This document shows, one piece after another, positions 12,248 to 25,357 of a stretch of DNA of 64,000 nucleotides. The position numbers and the translations under genes were made by a program. Below the pieces are notes generated by a model. It had not been told where the DNA came from. It saw only the letters and a program-made list of their open reading frames with translations, and searched no databases. Position 1 is the first letter of the stretch, and each line of letters starts with the position of its first letter. This DNA is from Octopus sinensis (taxonomy: Eukaryota), in contig NC_043007.1 of assembly GCF_006345805.1 (NCBI RefSeq), forward strand, positions 59,830,001-59,894,000, read 5' to 3'.

Positions 12248-12333
12248 CCTTCTATATAATAAATTAATTTTACTCTGCTATGTATTGAGTACCTTATTTA
12301 CTGTGGTTAACCCCGAATCAACCCGGGACCTAC

Positions 12334-12372
<39 letters not shown>

Positions 12373-12549
12373 CAACTATATAAATGTAATTATAATTAAG
12401 GGTACTGGAGAGGTACCATCATGCTGGATATAGAAGTCAAGAACCACAACCATATAGCACATGGAGTCAGAGGGACAAATGGATTAGTCGAGTATATACG
12501 TGCATATATATGTATGTATACTTGCTTATATGTAAGTATTCGTATACTG

Positions 12550-12617
<68 letters not shown>

Positions 12618-13239
12618 TAGGGGACTTAATCCGGCGATCGGTTTAACACCATGACCTGATGTTTGAGAGGCTTTTAATGGAGTCCTTTCTGTTGCAAGAA
12701 TTCAGGTCTGCAGTTTAAGAATACCTACCTCCTTCTTTCCCACCTGAGACCCTGAAAAGACCATGGGCGTTGCCATCCCTCCTTCGGCGAAGCGATAAAA
12801 TGATTCAAATTAATCATTCTATGTTTTGAGTTCAAACACCGTCGTAGCCAACTTAGTCTTCGACCCATCTAAAAAGTCAATAAGATAAGTATTGGTAATG
12901 TACTTAGGATTAATTTAATCGACTAAATACGTCTTGTGGACATATATCGATCTCAGTAATCGATATTTTAGTTTAAGTAAAATCAGTAGAGAAAACGGAA
13001 AACCAGACAGTATGTATTTTCTCCATCCACTTTCTAATGTCAGCAAAGATCAAATCCAGCAAAGGTCAGTTCTGACGTTATTTCTTCAGGATCAATCAAA
13101 CAATCAACGCTTCCAGTAATACACTCAGGTCGATTCAATTGATTAAGAATAAATCAATATTATCTGTTCAAATAGAGTAATTAAGTTCATTGTAGGTAGA
13201 CGCCGTCAAAATTAACATAAAATAAGTTCTATGTTATCC

Positions 13240-13328
<89 letters not shown>

Positions 13329-13434
13329 ATCTATTTATATGTGCGTGCACGCGCGTGTGTATACATGTACATAGATTCACATACATATCTATATATACAC
13401 AATCACACATATAAACACATATATGAATGTGAGT

Positions 13435-13589
13435 ATCGACTCCAGTGCTCAACTAGTTTTTATTTTATCGACCACGGAAGGTTAAAAGGCAAAGTCGATC
13501 TCGACGGAATTTGAAACCAGAACGTGAATACGGACTGAATAATGCTCAGCATTTTGTTCGACCTGCTAACGGTGCCAACAGGCCGCCTA

Positions 13590-13590
<1 letters not shown>
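13435..13590 (-). mobile_element. SINE family B
   Basis: Family motifs on the reverse strand. Confidence 0.7.
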
Positions 13591-13686
<96 letters not shown>

Positions 13687-13713
13687 AAGAAGAAGAAGAA
13701 GAAGAAGAAGAAG
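13590..13713. repeat. (AAT)n-(AAG)n compound microsatellite
   Basis: Direct reading. Confidence 0.95.
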
Positions 13714-13959
13714 CTGAGGTGTGTCAACCGGTATTGGCAGGGCCATTGTCACCAAGATTTGTCCGATGGAATACTATGTATTTAACAATTTAATGTGAAA
13801 TGGTCTATTACATAGATAACTAGACAATTGTCTGGAGTCAAAGGATGTTAATATGTATGCTGTGGAGAATATATATATATATATATAATATAATATATAT
13901 ATAATATATATTATATATATATATATATATATATGTACACACACACACGTTTATATATA

Positions 13960-14002
<43 letters not shown>

Positions 14003-14059
14003 TATGTAAATATATATATGTATATATATATATATATATATGTATGTGTATATATATTA

Positions 14060-14262
14060 TATGTCGCCATGATAGATCGTTAGCCACTACACAAATTTTC
14101 CTCTCCTTGTTTCTCTCCCTGTTTTTTTCTGTGTCCCTTTCTGTAGAAGAGCGTAGGCTCGAAACGTAAAATACTTTTTCTATTCCTGAGCGTTATACTA
14201 ATACATCTGTTTGTTTCGTGCACCACTTGTCTTCGTCTTTTGTTTTTTTCGTAAACTCTCCC
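14060..14262 (+). mobile_element. Short (TA)n-embedded element with a hammerhead-like motif; probable solo PLE terminal repeat
   Basis: ttt-CTGTAGA-A-GAGC-GTAG-GCTC-GAAA-CG-TA-aaa at 14138-14171; related copy at 50161-50325; (TA)n on both sides. Confidence 0.55.
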
Positions 14263-14828
14263 TATATATATATATATATATATACATACATACATACATA
14301 CATGCATATATATGGATTGGCAGTTACTGAAATAGATGTATTTATGAATTTCTGTATGTATTGATGTATATACGAGTGTGTGTAATATATATGTCTAATA
14401 TATAGTATGCATATAATTAAATATAATAATGGCTAAAATGAAATCAACATCAAAAATCAATATAAAATCAGCTCACAGAAATGAGTATTATAGTAAATAA
14501 TAGAAATAATTATCACTCTGGTATAACAAAATAAATTTTTTTTACGTGTAAAACATTGTAGCAAAGACGTTGATAAAAAAGAAATAAATTCATGTTTGCA
14601 TCAATAGTATTAATATAATATATAACAATGGCCCAATTGAACATGAAATGAAATAATACAAAGCAAAATTATGAATTATATATTAAACTGAATATGCTTT
14701 TCCAGTCACAAGCTTGTATTTCAAGCACTCGCAGTAGTAAAATAGAGGATGATGCCGTCATCAACTAACAGCAAAGAACAAATCATCTATGTTATATATA
14801 TATATATATATTATATATATATATATAT

Positions 14829-14875
<47 letters not shown>

Positions 14876-15384
14876 TATACATACATACATACATATACAC
14901 ACACGCACATATATATACATACATATATATATATATAAATACATACATACACACATACATATATACATACATATATGTATGTGTGTGTGTGTGTGTGTGT
15001 GGTGAGTATGTATATAATTTATAGCTTAATCTGTATGAATCTATTTTACCTTCAAGTGTCCTTTTATTGTTTCCTCCCGGGATTAACTGTTTTATTTTAC
15101 TATATATATGTGTATGTGTGTGCGCGCGCGTGCGTGCATGTGTATATCTGTGTACATGCATGTATGTGTGTTTATGTCATTATTACCAAGAGCGAAAGAG
15201 TCGGTTCCTAGCCATGATTCAAGGCTCCTTCATTGGAATTTCAACAACGTGAACAGGGTGTGTATGTATGTATGTATGTATGTATGTATGTATGTATGTA
15301 TACGTGCAGATTTTTTGTTTTGCGTATGTATTCTCATGCATATAGTTGCATATCTAGACGGGCTCATATATACTTAAATGATAA

Positions 15385-15752
15385 ACTTATTTTATAGTTC
15401 CAGTGATGGCTTGGGTCTATAGTCTTCGAATGAGCTTTCTCCTTTCTGGTTTTGAGAAGCCTAATTTCCCAAGACTGGTACTTAGGCAGTGTGTTGCATA
15501 TCCAAATGCCCCAATAATTACAAGTATAAACCTGAACGTGTTACCTAGATAGAGTAGCTGTATATTCCTCAATAGTTCAGCATAGGTATTTTCTTTTTCG
15601 CTGATCTTTAGCTCTATATTAAGATCCACTGGGCAGCTGATTTCCATAACTATACATAGTTTCTCTCATTATCCCAAATTACTATGTCTGGTCTATTATG
15701 TTTACATTTTTTCTTGGGGGTTTCACTGGGACATTACACCAGTACTCCATGT
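15385..15752 (-). mobile_element. R4/Dong-like non-LTR retrotransposon, restriction-like endonuclease C-terminal fragment
   Basis: KCKHNRPDIVIWD..(fs)..CIVMEISCPVDLNIELKISEKENTYAEL...VIIGAFG is a PD-(D/E)xK RLE motif. Confidence 0.8.
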
Positions 15753-16149
15753 AAGTATGTATGTATGTATGTATGTATGTATGTATGTATGTATGTATGT
15801 ATGTATGTATGTATGTATGTATGTATGTATTAATGTTGCAAAAACGCTTCCTCTTTTAGCCTCAATGATAGTATCCCATCAGTTATTTTACTGATGCTTA
15901 TGTTAGAAACATGAGGTGGTGTCCGGAGGAGATATACTTAATATGTCATATTCTAATAATGCCGAGTGAAATGATAAAACTTCCCCAGAGAAATTACTCC
16001 ATATATACAAAACTAGTGAAATATAGCAATTAAACACCAAAAAGTAACGGAAAGAGCCGAAAATATTGAGAATTCTGTTATTTTCCTGTTGCTTCAGATA
16101 AAATCTAATAATTGTCTAATAACTGAAAGTAACATTAAAAAACTACAAT

Positions 16150-16375
16150 AACAATTTCTAACATTGGCACAAGTCCAGATATTTGGAGGGTGGAACATCG
16201 GATTACATTGATCCCAGTAGTCGTCTGATACTCTATCAGATAAGAGCTCGAAAGGAGGAAAGATGAAGCTAACCTAGGTGAGATTTCAAATCTGAACGCT
16301 GCGAGTTGGAACAAATTCATCAAGGTATTTTGTCTGTGTGCTAACAGTTCTGCAAATCTACCGTCCTTGGCATTA
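16150..16375 (-). mobile_element. SINE family B, degenerate
   Basis: Diverged family motifs on the reverse strand. Confidence 0.5.
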
Positions 16376-16524
16376 TAGTAATAACAGAAGTAGAAATTTT
16401 TTCTAAAGCACGAAATGAATCCAGGTTTAACGCAATAATATAGTGAAATACAAAGATATCACGAAAGAGTCCGATTACGCCATATGTTTGGGTAAATGTA
16501 TACAAATATTGACTATATGTTGCT

Positions 16525-16945
16525 GCAGCTATGGCTGTGTGGTAAGAAGCCTGCTTCACAGCCACATGGTTCCGGGTTCAGTCCCACTGCTGGCACCATG
16601 GGTAAGTGTCTTCTATTATAGCCTCGACTGAACAAAGCCTTGTGAGTGAATTTTGTAGATGGAAACTGGAAAAAGCCCGCCGTATACACACACACATACA
16701 CACACACACATACACATACATATATACATATATGTGTGGGGCTGTCTTTGTGTCTGTGTTTCTACCCCACTACTGCTTGACAACCGGTTTTTGATGTTTT
16801 TACGTAACCTAGCGGTTCGGCAAAAGAAATCGATGGAATAAGTGCCTGGCTTTAAAATATATAAGTACTGGTGTCGATTCGTTCGACTAAACTTCTTCAA
16901 GGAGGTTCCTTAGCATGGCCGCAGTTTAATGATTGAAATAAGTAG
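16525..16945 (+). mobile_element. SINE family A, full length
   Basis: Head, core, internal (CA)n and tail. Confidence 0.85.
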
Positions 16946-17661
16946 AAGAAAAAGATTACATCTTCTCCAGACTCTAGCTCGTGTCTCTAGCATTGCCAGC
17001 AATAGCGTAATTGACATAGAGAATAACTAAACAGTGAAGCTTTATCAAAATGCTTATGCTTGAATACAACAGCAATGAAATAAACCAATTAACTCCTGAA
17101 CATGAGAAAAGAACTCTTGAAAATAAAATCTTGTCATATGTATTAAGATAAATATATACATATTTCGGTTTTTGTTAGCAGCTGATGTCGGTTCAACAGC
17201 AGGTATTTTACCGTTGTATGTGCTTGAAACGCGAGCTTGGGCTCAGATAAGTTATAGCTATATATCTATTTACTTAAACACACACATACACATATATAAC
17301 ACATACATATATATACAGCACACAAAACCGAAAAAATTCTGTAAAGTTTTGAAAGCCATGTGTATATGTAAGTACTCCAAAGGTAGTCTTTGTTTTAAAA
17401 TACTTCATTTTAAAGAAACGTGATTAACAATAAGATATCGTATTTTATTGACCTCTCACTAGTTCTGATATAACTGAGATTACCTCGTATTTCTTTCTCT
17501 CTCTCTCTCTCTCTTTCTTTCTCCCCCTTCTCTCTCTTTAATTCTCCTGCGCTTCATACTAACCGGCCCGCTTGTCTGCTCATAATCGACTCTTTGATAG
17601 ATATGGTTTTTTTCAATTATTACTAATGTTGATTTGTCTGATTTAATCGAAAAGAACCACT

Positions 17662-17700
<39 letters not shown>

Positions 17701-17860
17701 TGAGAAAGTTGGTGTGTGAAAGCACGTGGTTGAATATATAGAAAATAGTAACAAGTGAAAAAACTACAGAAGACTTGTTTTAAAAGGTTAAAAAATATAT
17801 TTGAGTCATTATGTCAGAAGAATGTTACAAAATGTTTTCATACAGTGACATAGTTTTTGA

Positions 17861-17897
17861 AGAAATTACCGGTTTCGTGTTAACTTTTCAAATTTCT
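17861..17897 (-). ncRNA. Minimal type I hammerhead motif, U3-A8 core variant
   Basis: AGAAAT-TTGAAAA-GT-TAAC-AC-GAAA-CCGG-TA-ATTTCT: 6-bp stem I, 2-bp stem II, palindromic ACCGGT stem III, GUA triplet. Confidence 0.65.
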
Positions 17898-18018
17898 CAA
17901 AACATCTTGTTATGTCTTCGTTATGAAGTGTAAAGAGGAGTTCCAGGTAAGGGGAGGTAATAAGTGATTTCTTCCGGTGTAAGGGAGATAATCGCTTTAT
18001 ATTTCCTGTCCCTTTTAT

Positions 18019-19343
18019 TTAATGGGGTGAGTTTCTCTGTATAAGAATGTTAGAGTGGTTACGTTTGGGCTTATATTTTTCAATGAAGAATGTTTCCTTG
18101 TTTAGTCTAATTTGTGTTGGTGTTCCAATAACACATTGATAAAATGGAAAAATTAAAAATTGTGGTAGTAGTTGCTTTGCGCATTTCTCAATATGCTCAC
18201 TAAAGGGTATCATTCTGTATTCTGGGAATGCAATCTGTTGTCGATGCAGTGTGCATCTATGTCTGAGTGATAGTCCCGTGGACCCCACGTAGTTTTGGTG
18301 GCAGCCCGAGCATCTTATGACATAAATTATGTTTTCAGAAGCACAAGTAAGATTAGATTTGATCTTGAATTTTTGTCCCTCTTTGAAGAGGAATTCTGAT
18401 CCTTCTAGAAGGTTTGGGCATGTTGCGCAATTTGGTCTACCACATATTTTTACTTTTGCATCCGTAATTTCAGAAAACAATTTTGCCTTGGTGAGAATCT
18501 TTTTAAGTGATTTAGGTTGTTTGTAGCTTTTAATGATTTTATGTATGTTTAGAATTTCCTTTAATTTGGGGTCCTTATGAAGTATTGGTAAATTCTGGGT
18601 GATGATGGAGAAGGCTTCTTTTTTTCTGGGGTTGTATGTGGATATGTAAGGCAGTATTTTCGGGGAAGGTGTGTTGTTGTGTTGAACTTTTCTCAAAGTT
18701 TCTATGTCGATTTCTGTTGCACGTCTGATCCCATCCTCTATGAGTTGAGCTGGGTATAGTGTCTGTCAATTAGGGTGTTTTTTAGTTCTTGTAGTCTAAA
18801 GTTCCTGGTATTTTGTTCTGACACTATTGTGCATATCCTTCTTGCAAGGTTGAAAGGGATGTTTGTTTTAGTGTGTCTTGGGTGGCATGAATCAAAAAGT
18901 AGGTATTGTTTAGCGTCTGTGGCTTTGTAAAAAATGTCTGTTTCTATTTTAAGGTTAATTTTTTTAATTAGTATATCTAAGAATGGAAGCTCCTTTTGGT
19001 TGTATTCCATTGTGAACTGTATATTTGGGTTGATGCTGTTCAATAGGTTTTTGAATTTTAGGAGTTTATCTGTGTTTTCATTCCAGAGTATAAAACAATC
19101 GTCCAGGAATCGTTTCCAATTCTCTATTATGTATTGAGAGAGGGGGTTTCCAAAGGTCGATAAAGATTCCTGGTAAACAATTATTTCCAGGTAGCCCATT
19201 GTTAGGTTCGCAATGACTGGTTCTGCCCTTGTACCCATAGCAATTCCGGATTTTTGACGGTAAAATGTATTGTCAAACATGAAGTGGTTATTATGCAGGA
19301 TGAATTCAACCGATTTAGTAATGAATTCTTTACTGATCCTTTT
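18019..19343 (-). pseudogene. PLE reverse transcriptase-GIY-YIG endonuclease ORF, 5'-truncated, one frameshift near 18750
   Basis: GIAMGTRAEPVIANL, WKRFLDDCF, LPFLDI, CGRPNCATC, NIIYVIRCSGCHQNYVGST. Confidence 0.92.
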
Positions 19344-19478
19344 TAACACGAAACCGGTAATTTCTTCAAAAACTATGTCACTGTATGAAAAAATTTTATA
19401 ACATTCTTCTGACATAATGACTCAAATATATTTTTTAACCTTTTAAAACAAGCCTTCTGTAGTATTTTCACTTTTTAC

Positions 19479-19532
<54 letters not shown>

Positions 19533-19618
19533 TGTGTGTGTGTGTATGTGTGTGTGCGTGTTGTTGTTATGTATATATATATTTCAACAGATTTGGAAAT
19601 AAAAACAGTGGAATTGAT

Positions 19619-19707
<89 letters not shown>

Positions 19708-20552
19708 TCTGAAGTTCCTCTTTAAAAAAAACTTTGTCAAGGAGTGCAAGAAGAACATGAACAAAGTTGAATAAAAAGGATTAAGATATATATCGGCTGC
19801 TTCTGACGAAGTCCGAAGTTCATGTAAGTGAGAGTTCATAGTATTGTGTGATATTCATACAATTCTATGAACTGTCTTCCTGCTGATCAAACTGAAGTGA
19901 AGTAATCGACAATATACCTTCGTATCCCTGGGACAAAAGTCGTTGATTCAATGACGAAAGACATAACAAAACAATGAAAGGAAACGTCCCAGATCAGCAC
20001 TATAAGATGTCTTGGAACACTTCGTGTAGTGGTGAACTTTAAGAAATTGTAATGTAATTTGACAGATTTGATAGGCTCTCTCATCTACTCGCAAAATCAT
20101 TCGAAATAATCTTTCATACTCAGCCAAAATGATCTAAAATGATTTTTGGTTACTGTTTTCTTTTAAATCAAACGTTATCGTCTTGAAATAAAAGGAAGGA
20201 ATTTTGCTAACAATTTATCTCCAATCTGAATGGCGGGAAGATTTTCAATACAATTTGCTCATCTATGCATCCGTTTACTCAACCATTTTATGTCCCGTTT
20301 TCATTCCTTGACACATAATTTTTTTAAAGATATTTTAGATTGAAAAGTTAGAAATAATAATGAAACAATGTCCTGTTAACTGATATTTGGCTTCCAAACC
20401 TGTTCAAATTTCAAATTTTGTTATTAAGGTCTAAACTCTGGCGAAAAAAAAAGAAGCAAAAAACAAAACAAAAAAAGATCACAAACACACGCACACAGTA
20501 TCTACGAATATAATTTGTTTCTGCATTACAGGATGCAATGCTTAAATTCCCA

Positions 20553-20589
<37 letters not shown>

Positions 20590-21654
20590 GTCGTGGGGTA
20601 AGAATGTACACACATACACACACATACGCAAACACATACACAAACATACACACATACACACACACACACACATTCAAATCGTCAATAAAATCAATATAAA
20701 AGAACCTGTTAATACGATACAGAAACGTCTGGATTAAAAACAAATAAATTGATTTAAATTAATTGTTTCACTTATTGATTTCTCTCTTCGACGATTTACT
20801 TAGTAAAATATTTTCTTACAAATTATTTAGTTCTACCGATATTCGCAGCCAGTACCATTCAATTGCGCAACGGTTCGATAATAAATGACTGTTTTTGAGG
20901 AACACTGTTAACTGCTTCGGTTGAAATGTTTCAGTTTGAGTCTTACTAACGAGGTGCTTCCGACTAATTATAGACGACCATAGTCTGAAATAAAAGACAC
21001 TTATGCCTATTTAAATGACTTCAGCATACATGTTAATGCCAAATTTGAAAATGAGGAAATTCATTTAAACTATTAAAATTTGTTCATAAATCAAATATTC
21101 ATATACAACACTAAATAACCGTACAAGTTTTTAATATAAAGATAAATGTTAAATTCTAATACGGCATTAAATGGCGATGAATGTGATGACATTCCTAGTT
21201 ATTGAATTTACCTCAATTAATTTTGTTTTGGTCCCACACATTTAACGTATTTTCAAAAACTACGCGTGCCTATTACTAATAAATAATCCATATCGCTCTT
21301 GAGTGCTATTGGTACCATGTAGTCCAGTACAGCCTGCTCTATGGTCGGGTCGTCGGCAACTAAACTGGCAACCCCACCAGGCTTGTTTGGTGAGGTGGTT
21401 GTTGAACATCCTGCGGGACAAAAAATAAGACCCGTCAAAGGGCGGACGAACTACAACGTAGTCAAGGCCATTCAACTACGTGTGTTTGTGGAGTGTTTGT
21501 GTGTGTATGTGTGTGTGTGTGTGTGTGTGTTGTGTGTGTGTGTGGTGTGTGTGTGTGTTGTGTGTGTGTGTGTGTATTGTAGATATTGTATTTTAGCATG
21601 TGTGTGTACATATTGTATATTGTGTTTTTAAATTGTATATATATTGTATGTCAG

Positions 21655-24540
21655 CTTAGCCTCAAAGCTCGGCGGAACTACGACCACTGACGGGAGAAGG
21701 AGCAAAGGTAGGTATCTGGCGCCTCAAAACCAGTTGGGGCTCGTCAACCCAGGAGGACAGCCCACCTAGGGGAAAGGAAACCCTGATTTCAAACCTGACC
21801 ACAGGAAAGGCTTCAGGAGTAAACCTCGAGGAAAAATCAGGAGTCGGAGCCCCTCAGGCAGCTCGATGTTGACTTCAACTTCGCCTTGGCAGCCCCTGCG
21901 ACCACATTGCATGAGCAACAGCATGTTCTCCATACTACATTGCCCAGACTCACATCCGTCCACGCCATCATTAAGCGCGCACACCTGTACCCGGAGAGGA
22001 CATTCCAGCTTCGCCATTTATTTGGTGTCGACACAACACGAGAAGCAGCTGATACCGATTATAAACCTTTACTCAATTGGAGTAGAGTGCGGCGCTAGGG
22101 GTTGCTTCCGACGGTGGGAGAGATCTTCGAGTCTCATTGGACACCTACCACCCGCCTTAAGTTAGGCAGACCCCAGCCAGTAAGGCGTTGTCCCGTCACG
22201 GCTTGCTTTCCTCATTAGGTTCATGGGGATAAGGAGAACGTCCGACAAGCAGATCGTCAACTATCGCATCAGGCAAAACAGAAAAGCTAACAAAAAGGGA
22301 CCAGCTCTAAAACTGGGATGTTGGAATGTCCGGACAATGATGCCTGGCTTCTCCCAGAACCTTTAGGACATCATTGACGTTAGGAAAACAGCAGTCATCA
22401 ACGAGGGGCTCAAGGGGCTGAACGTCGATATCGAACGAGAACGGACAATGATTGCTCGAGCTCTGCACCTTTCACGACCTGTGCATCACCAACTCCTTCT
22501 TCAAGACCAAGCCCCAGCACAAAGTGTCTTGGAGACATCCATGCTCAAAGCATTGGCACCAATTGGATCTGATCCTGGTCAGGCGTGCCACCAACAAGTG
22601 TGTACTCCACACGCGATCTTACCACAGCGCAGACTGCGACACAGGCCACTCCTTGGTGTGCTGTAAGATCAGGCTACAACCCCAAAAGTTCCACCGTGCA
22701 AAGAAATCGAGGACCCCACACATCGATGTCAACAAGATGTCTCAGCCCGACCTTGTAGAACAGTTTGCAGAGGCTTTTGGGGAGGAGTGTAATGCAGCAC
22801 AGTCCAGAGATACTGCCACAGAGATGGGAAACTCTATGCGACACAATCCATCGCACAGTCTTGTCTATCTTCGGAAAGAACACCTCAAAGTCATGTGACT
22901 GGTTCGAGGCCAAGTCGCTAGAGATGACTCCTGTAATTGAAGCCAAACGAGGCGCACTGGCGGAATACAAGCGGTCACCCACTAAGAGGAACCTGCAGAT
23001 TCTGAGGACTGCCAGGAGCAAGGTTCAGCAGACTGCCAGGCGCTGCGTGCGACATTGAGTACTAGACAGAGCTCAGCGAGTCGATCCATATGACCGCCGC
23101 AACTGGCGACATCAGAAGGACGTACAGTGGCATCAAGAGGGTGCTGGGACCAACTCAGAACAAGACGGTTCCCCTCAAATCCCTCACTGGGACAGTCATT
23201 ACTGATCAAGGCCGACAAATGGACAGATGGGTGGAGCATTATTCTGATCTCTATTCCAGAGAGAACACAGTGACCTCTTCAGCCCTTGAAGCCATCGAGA
23301 GTAGGCCGGTCATGGAAGAGCTCGATGCAGAGCCAACCATGTATAAGCTCAGCAAGGCCATCAACAGCCTAGCAGCAGGCAAAGCTCCAGGCGGTGACAT
23401 CATCCCACCAGATCTCACAAAGCGCTGCAAGATTACCCTACTGCAGCCTTTGCACGAAGTCCTCTGCCAGTACTGAAGAGAGGGAACTGTACCGCAAGAC
23501 ATGAGATATGCAAAGATTGGTACCCTGTACAAGAACAAGGGCGAAAGAAGCGACTGTAACGACTATAGGGCCATCTTCCTCCTCAACATCGTTGGCAAGT
23601 CTTCGCCCGGATACTTCTGACCCGTCTGCAAAAGTTGGCTGAGCATGTCTACTCAGAATCACAGTGCAGCTTCCAAGCTGAAAGGTCCACTGTAGACATG
23701 ATCTTCTCCCTTCGTCAACTCCAGGAGAAATACAGAGAGCAGCATTCATCGACCTCACCAAGGCCTTCGACCTCGTCAGCAGAGACGGCCCCTTCAAGAT
23801 TGCTGCCCTCCAAGACTGCACAGCTTAATTGAGTCCTTTCACTCAAATATGAAGGGGACTGTGCAGTTCAATGGCAACCTCTCTGAACCTTTCGACATAC
23901 GCAGCGGAGTCAAGTAAGGCTGTGTGCTCGCCCCAACGCTCTTTGGGATCTTCTCTCTCATTCTGAGACGCACTTTAGGCACAGCACAAGAAGGACCAGA
24001 TCAGATGGCAGGCTCTTCAATCTCGCCCGCCTAAAAGCTAGTACAAAGGTCTGTGAAGCTGTCATCGGAGACATTCTATTTGTTGACGACGCCGCAGTTA
24101 TGATCCACTCCCAGCGACAGCTGCAGCTGCTAATCGAGCGCTTCTCCCAGGCCTGCAAGGACATTGGACTGACCATCAGCCCGAAGAAGACAACCGTCCT
24201 GGCGCAAGGCACACCAGCACAACCAGCCGTCACCATTGATGACTACGAACTTGAAGTTGTTTATCAATTCACCTACCTTGGGTCCACCATCACTGAAAAC
24301 TTCTCTCTCGATGCTGAGATCGACAAGAGAATTGGCAAGGCAGCCAATGCAGTAAAGCGAGCACGATGTAAGGGATCAACAGCCGACAGACCAGAATCCA
24401 CACAGAGATGCGATCTATGCGACCGAGACTGTTATTCTCGCATTGGTCTCCATAGCCACAGGAGGCACTGCTCAAGCCCAACCTCGACAATAGATGGACG
24501 GACGTGATACCCATGGTCAGCCATGACCGAAGATGGCCCT
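21655..24540 (+). mobile_element. RTE LINE with 5' UTR, APE and RT remnants; two internal deletions
   Basis: KLGCWNVRTM, then a deletion (about 22432), then NENGQ..SWRHPCSKHWHQLDL, GKAPGGD, NKGERSDCNDYRAI, DLTKAFD, GVK*GCVLAP, LFVDD, FTYLGS, then a deletion (about 24345), then CDLCDRDCYSRIGLHSHRRHC. Confidence 0.95.
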
Positions 24541-25357
24541 AGGATCGCGTATTACGGATCTATTCGCTTCTTATATCCCGCTTCTTTGTTTCTCGTTCTC
24601 TGAATAAAAGAAAAAAACTTTTATTCAATGCTCAGATTTCGCTCTCATAATTACGAAACTGTAACAGTATTCAATATCTTAACCGTCCCCACCAGCTATT
24701 TTGGCGTCTGTCAAGGTTAAAAGTAGACGAACTTACATTGTTTAGTATATCGAGTTGCCATCGTGGCTACTCTTAATAAAACAATTTTTATTCCAGTAAC
24801 CTTTTCTCGATCGTAAGAGAATGGTTTTGATAGAAATCATACAGAATCATTTAAAAAAAAAAACTCACCAGCCACATTTTTTATCACGAGAATGAGAATA
24901 ATGCGATTATCGAGGCTGTCAAAAAGTAGTGGCATTGTTTTTAGGACTTCTCTTTGTTATGCTTTCTGAACACAGAAAATAAAGAACCGTGATTAAATAC
25001 TGCAAGCGATTTGACTGACTTTCTCATGATTCAGCCAATCCAACGCACTTAATAGTTACTAATTTAGGCAAAATGTCAATAATATGGGACAGAGCCAGTA
25101 TTTGACCGGAGCATTGTTTTATTGACTCTGATGGGATATGAACTCAGAACGTAAAAATACGAAACGCTACAAGAATAACAGCAAAAATCTCCAAGAGACT
25201 CTGTAGTGGTAGCTGTCTGCTGAATTGCATACGGCTTTGTCTGTCGATTGTGTTATAAGAAAGAAGTAAGAAATTAGTAAAGATGTGAATTAAAACTGAT
25301 TTTTGCTTATTCGTATTTCATTTTCAATATTATTTCAATATTATTTCAATGTTATTC

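Larger units (their letters stand above)
12102..12260. repeat. Perfect inverted repeat, 72-bp arms with a 15-nt spacer
   Basis: 12102-12173 is the exact reverse complement of 12189-12260; spacer tgccaatacaattct. Confidence 0.97.
17699..19490 (-). mobile_element. 5'-truncated Penelope-like element (RT then GIY-YIG, Neptune-like Cys linker) with an inverted terminal-repeat copy
   Basis: RT and EN motifs; about 148-bp inverted repeats at 17735-17883 and 19343-19490; (TA)n on both flanks. Confidence 0.9.

Noticed and set aside
19830-19882. Stem-loop agttcatag...ctatgaact as a pre-miRNA
   Set aside because: Stem about 20 bp with a 3-nt loop, too short for a canonical precursor; no other support.
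21655-21960. HDV-like ribozyme at the RTE 5' end
   Set aside because: Such ribozymes are known in RTEs, but a nested double pseudoknot could not be built by eye; a descriptor search is needed.
24733-24770. Small minus-strand first exon (MATRYTKQ|gtaagt)
   Set aside because: Joining to the 21410 acceptor creates TGA at the junction, and the acceptor is poor; no independent support.
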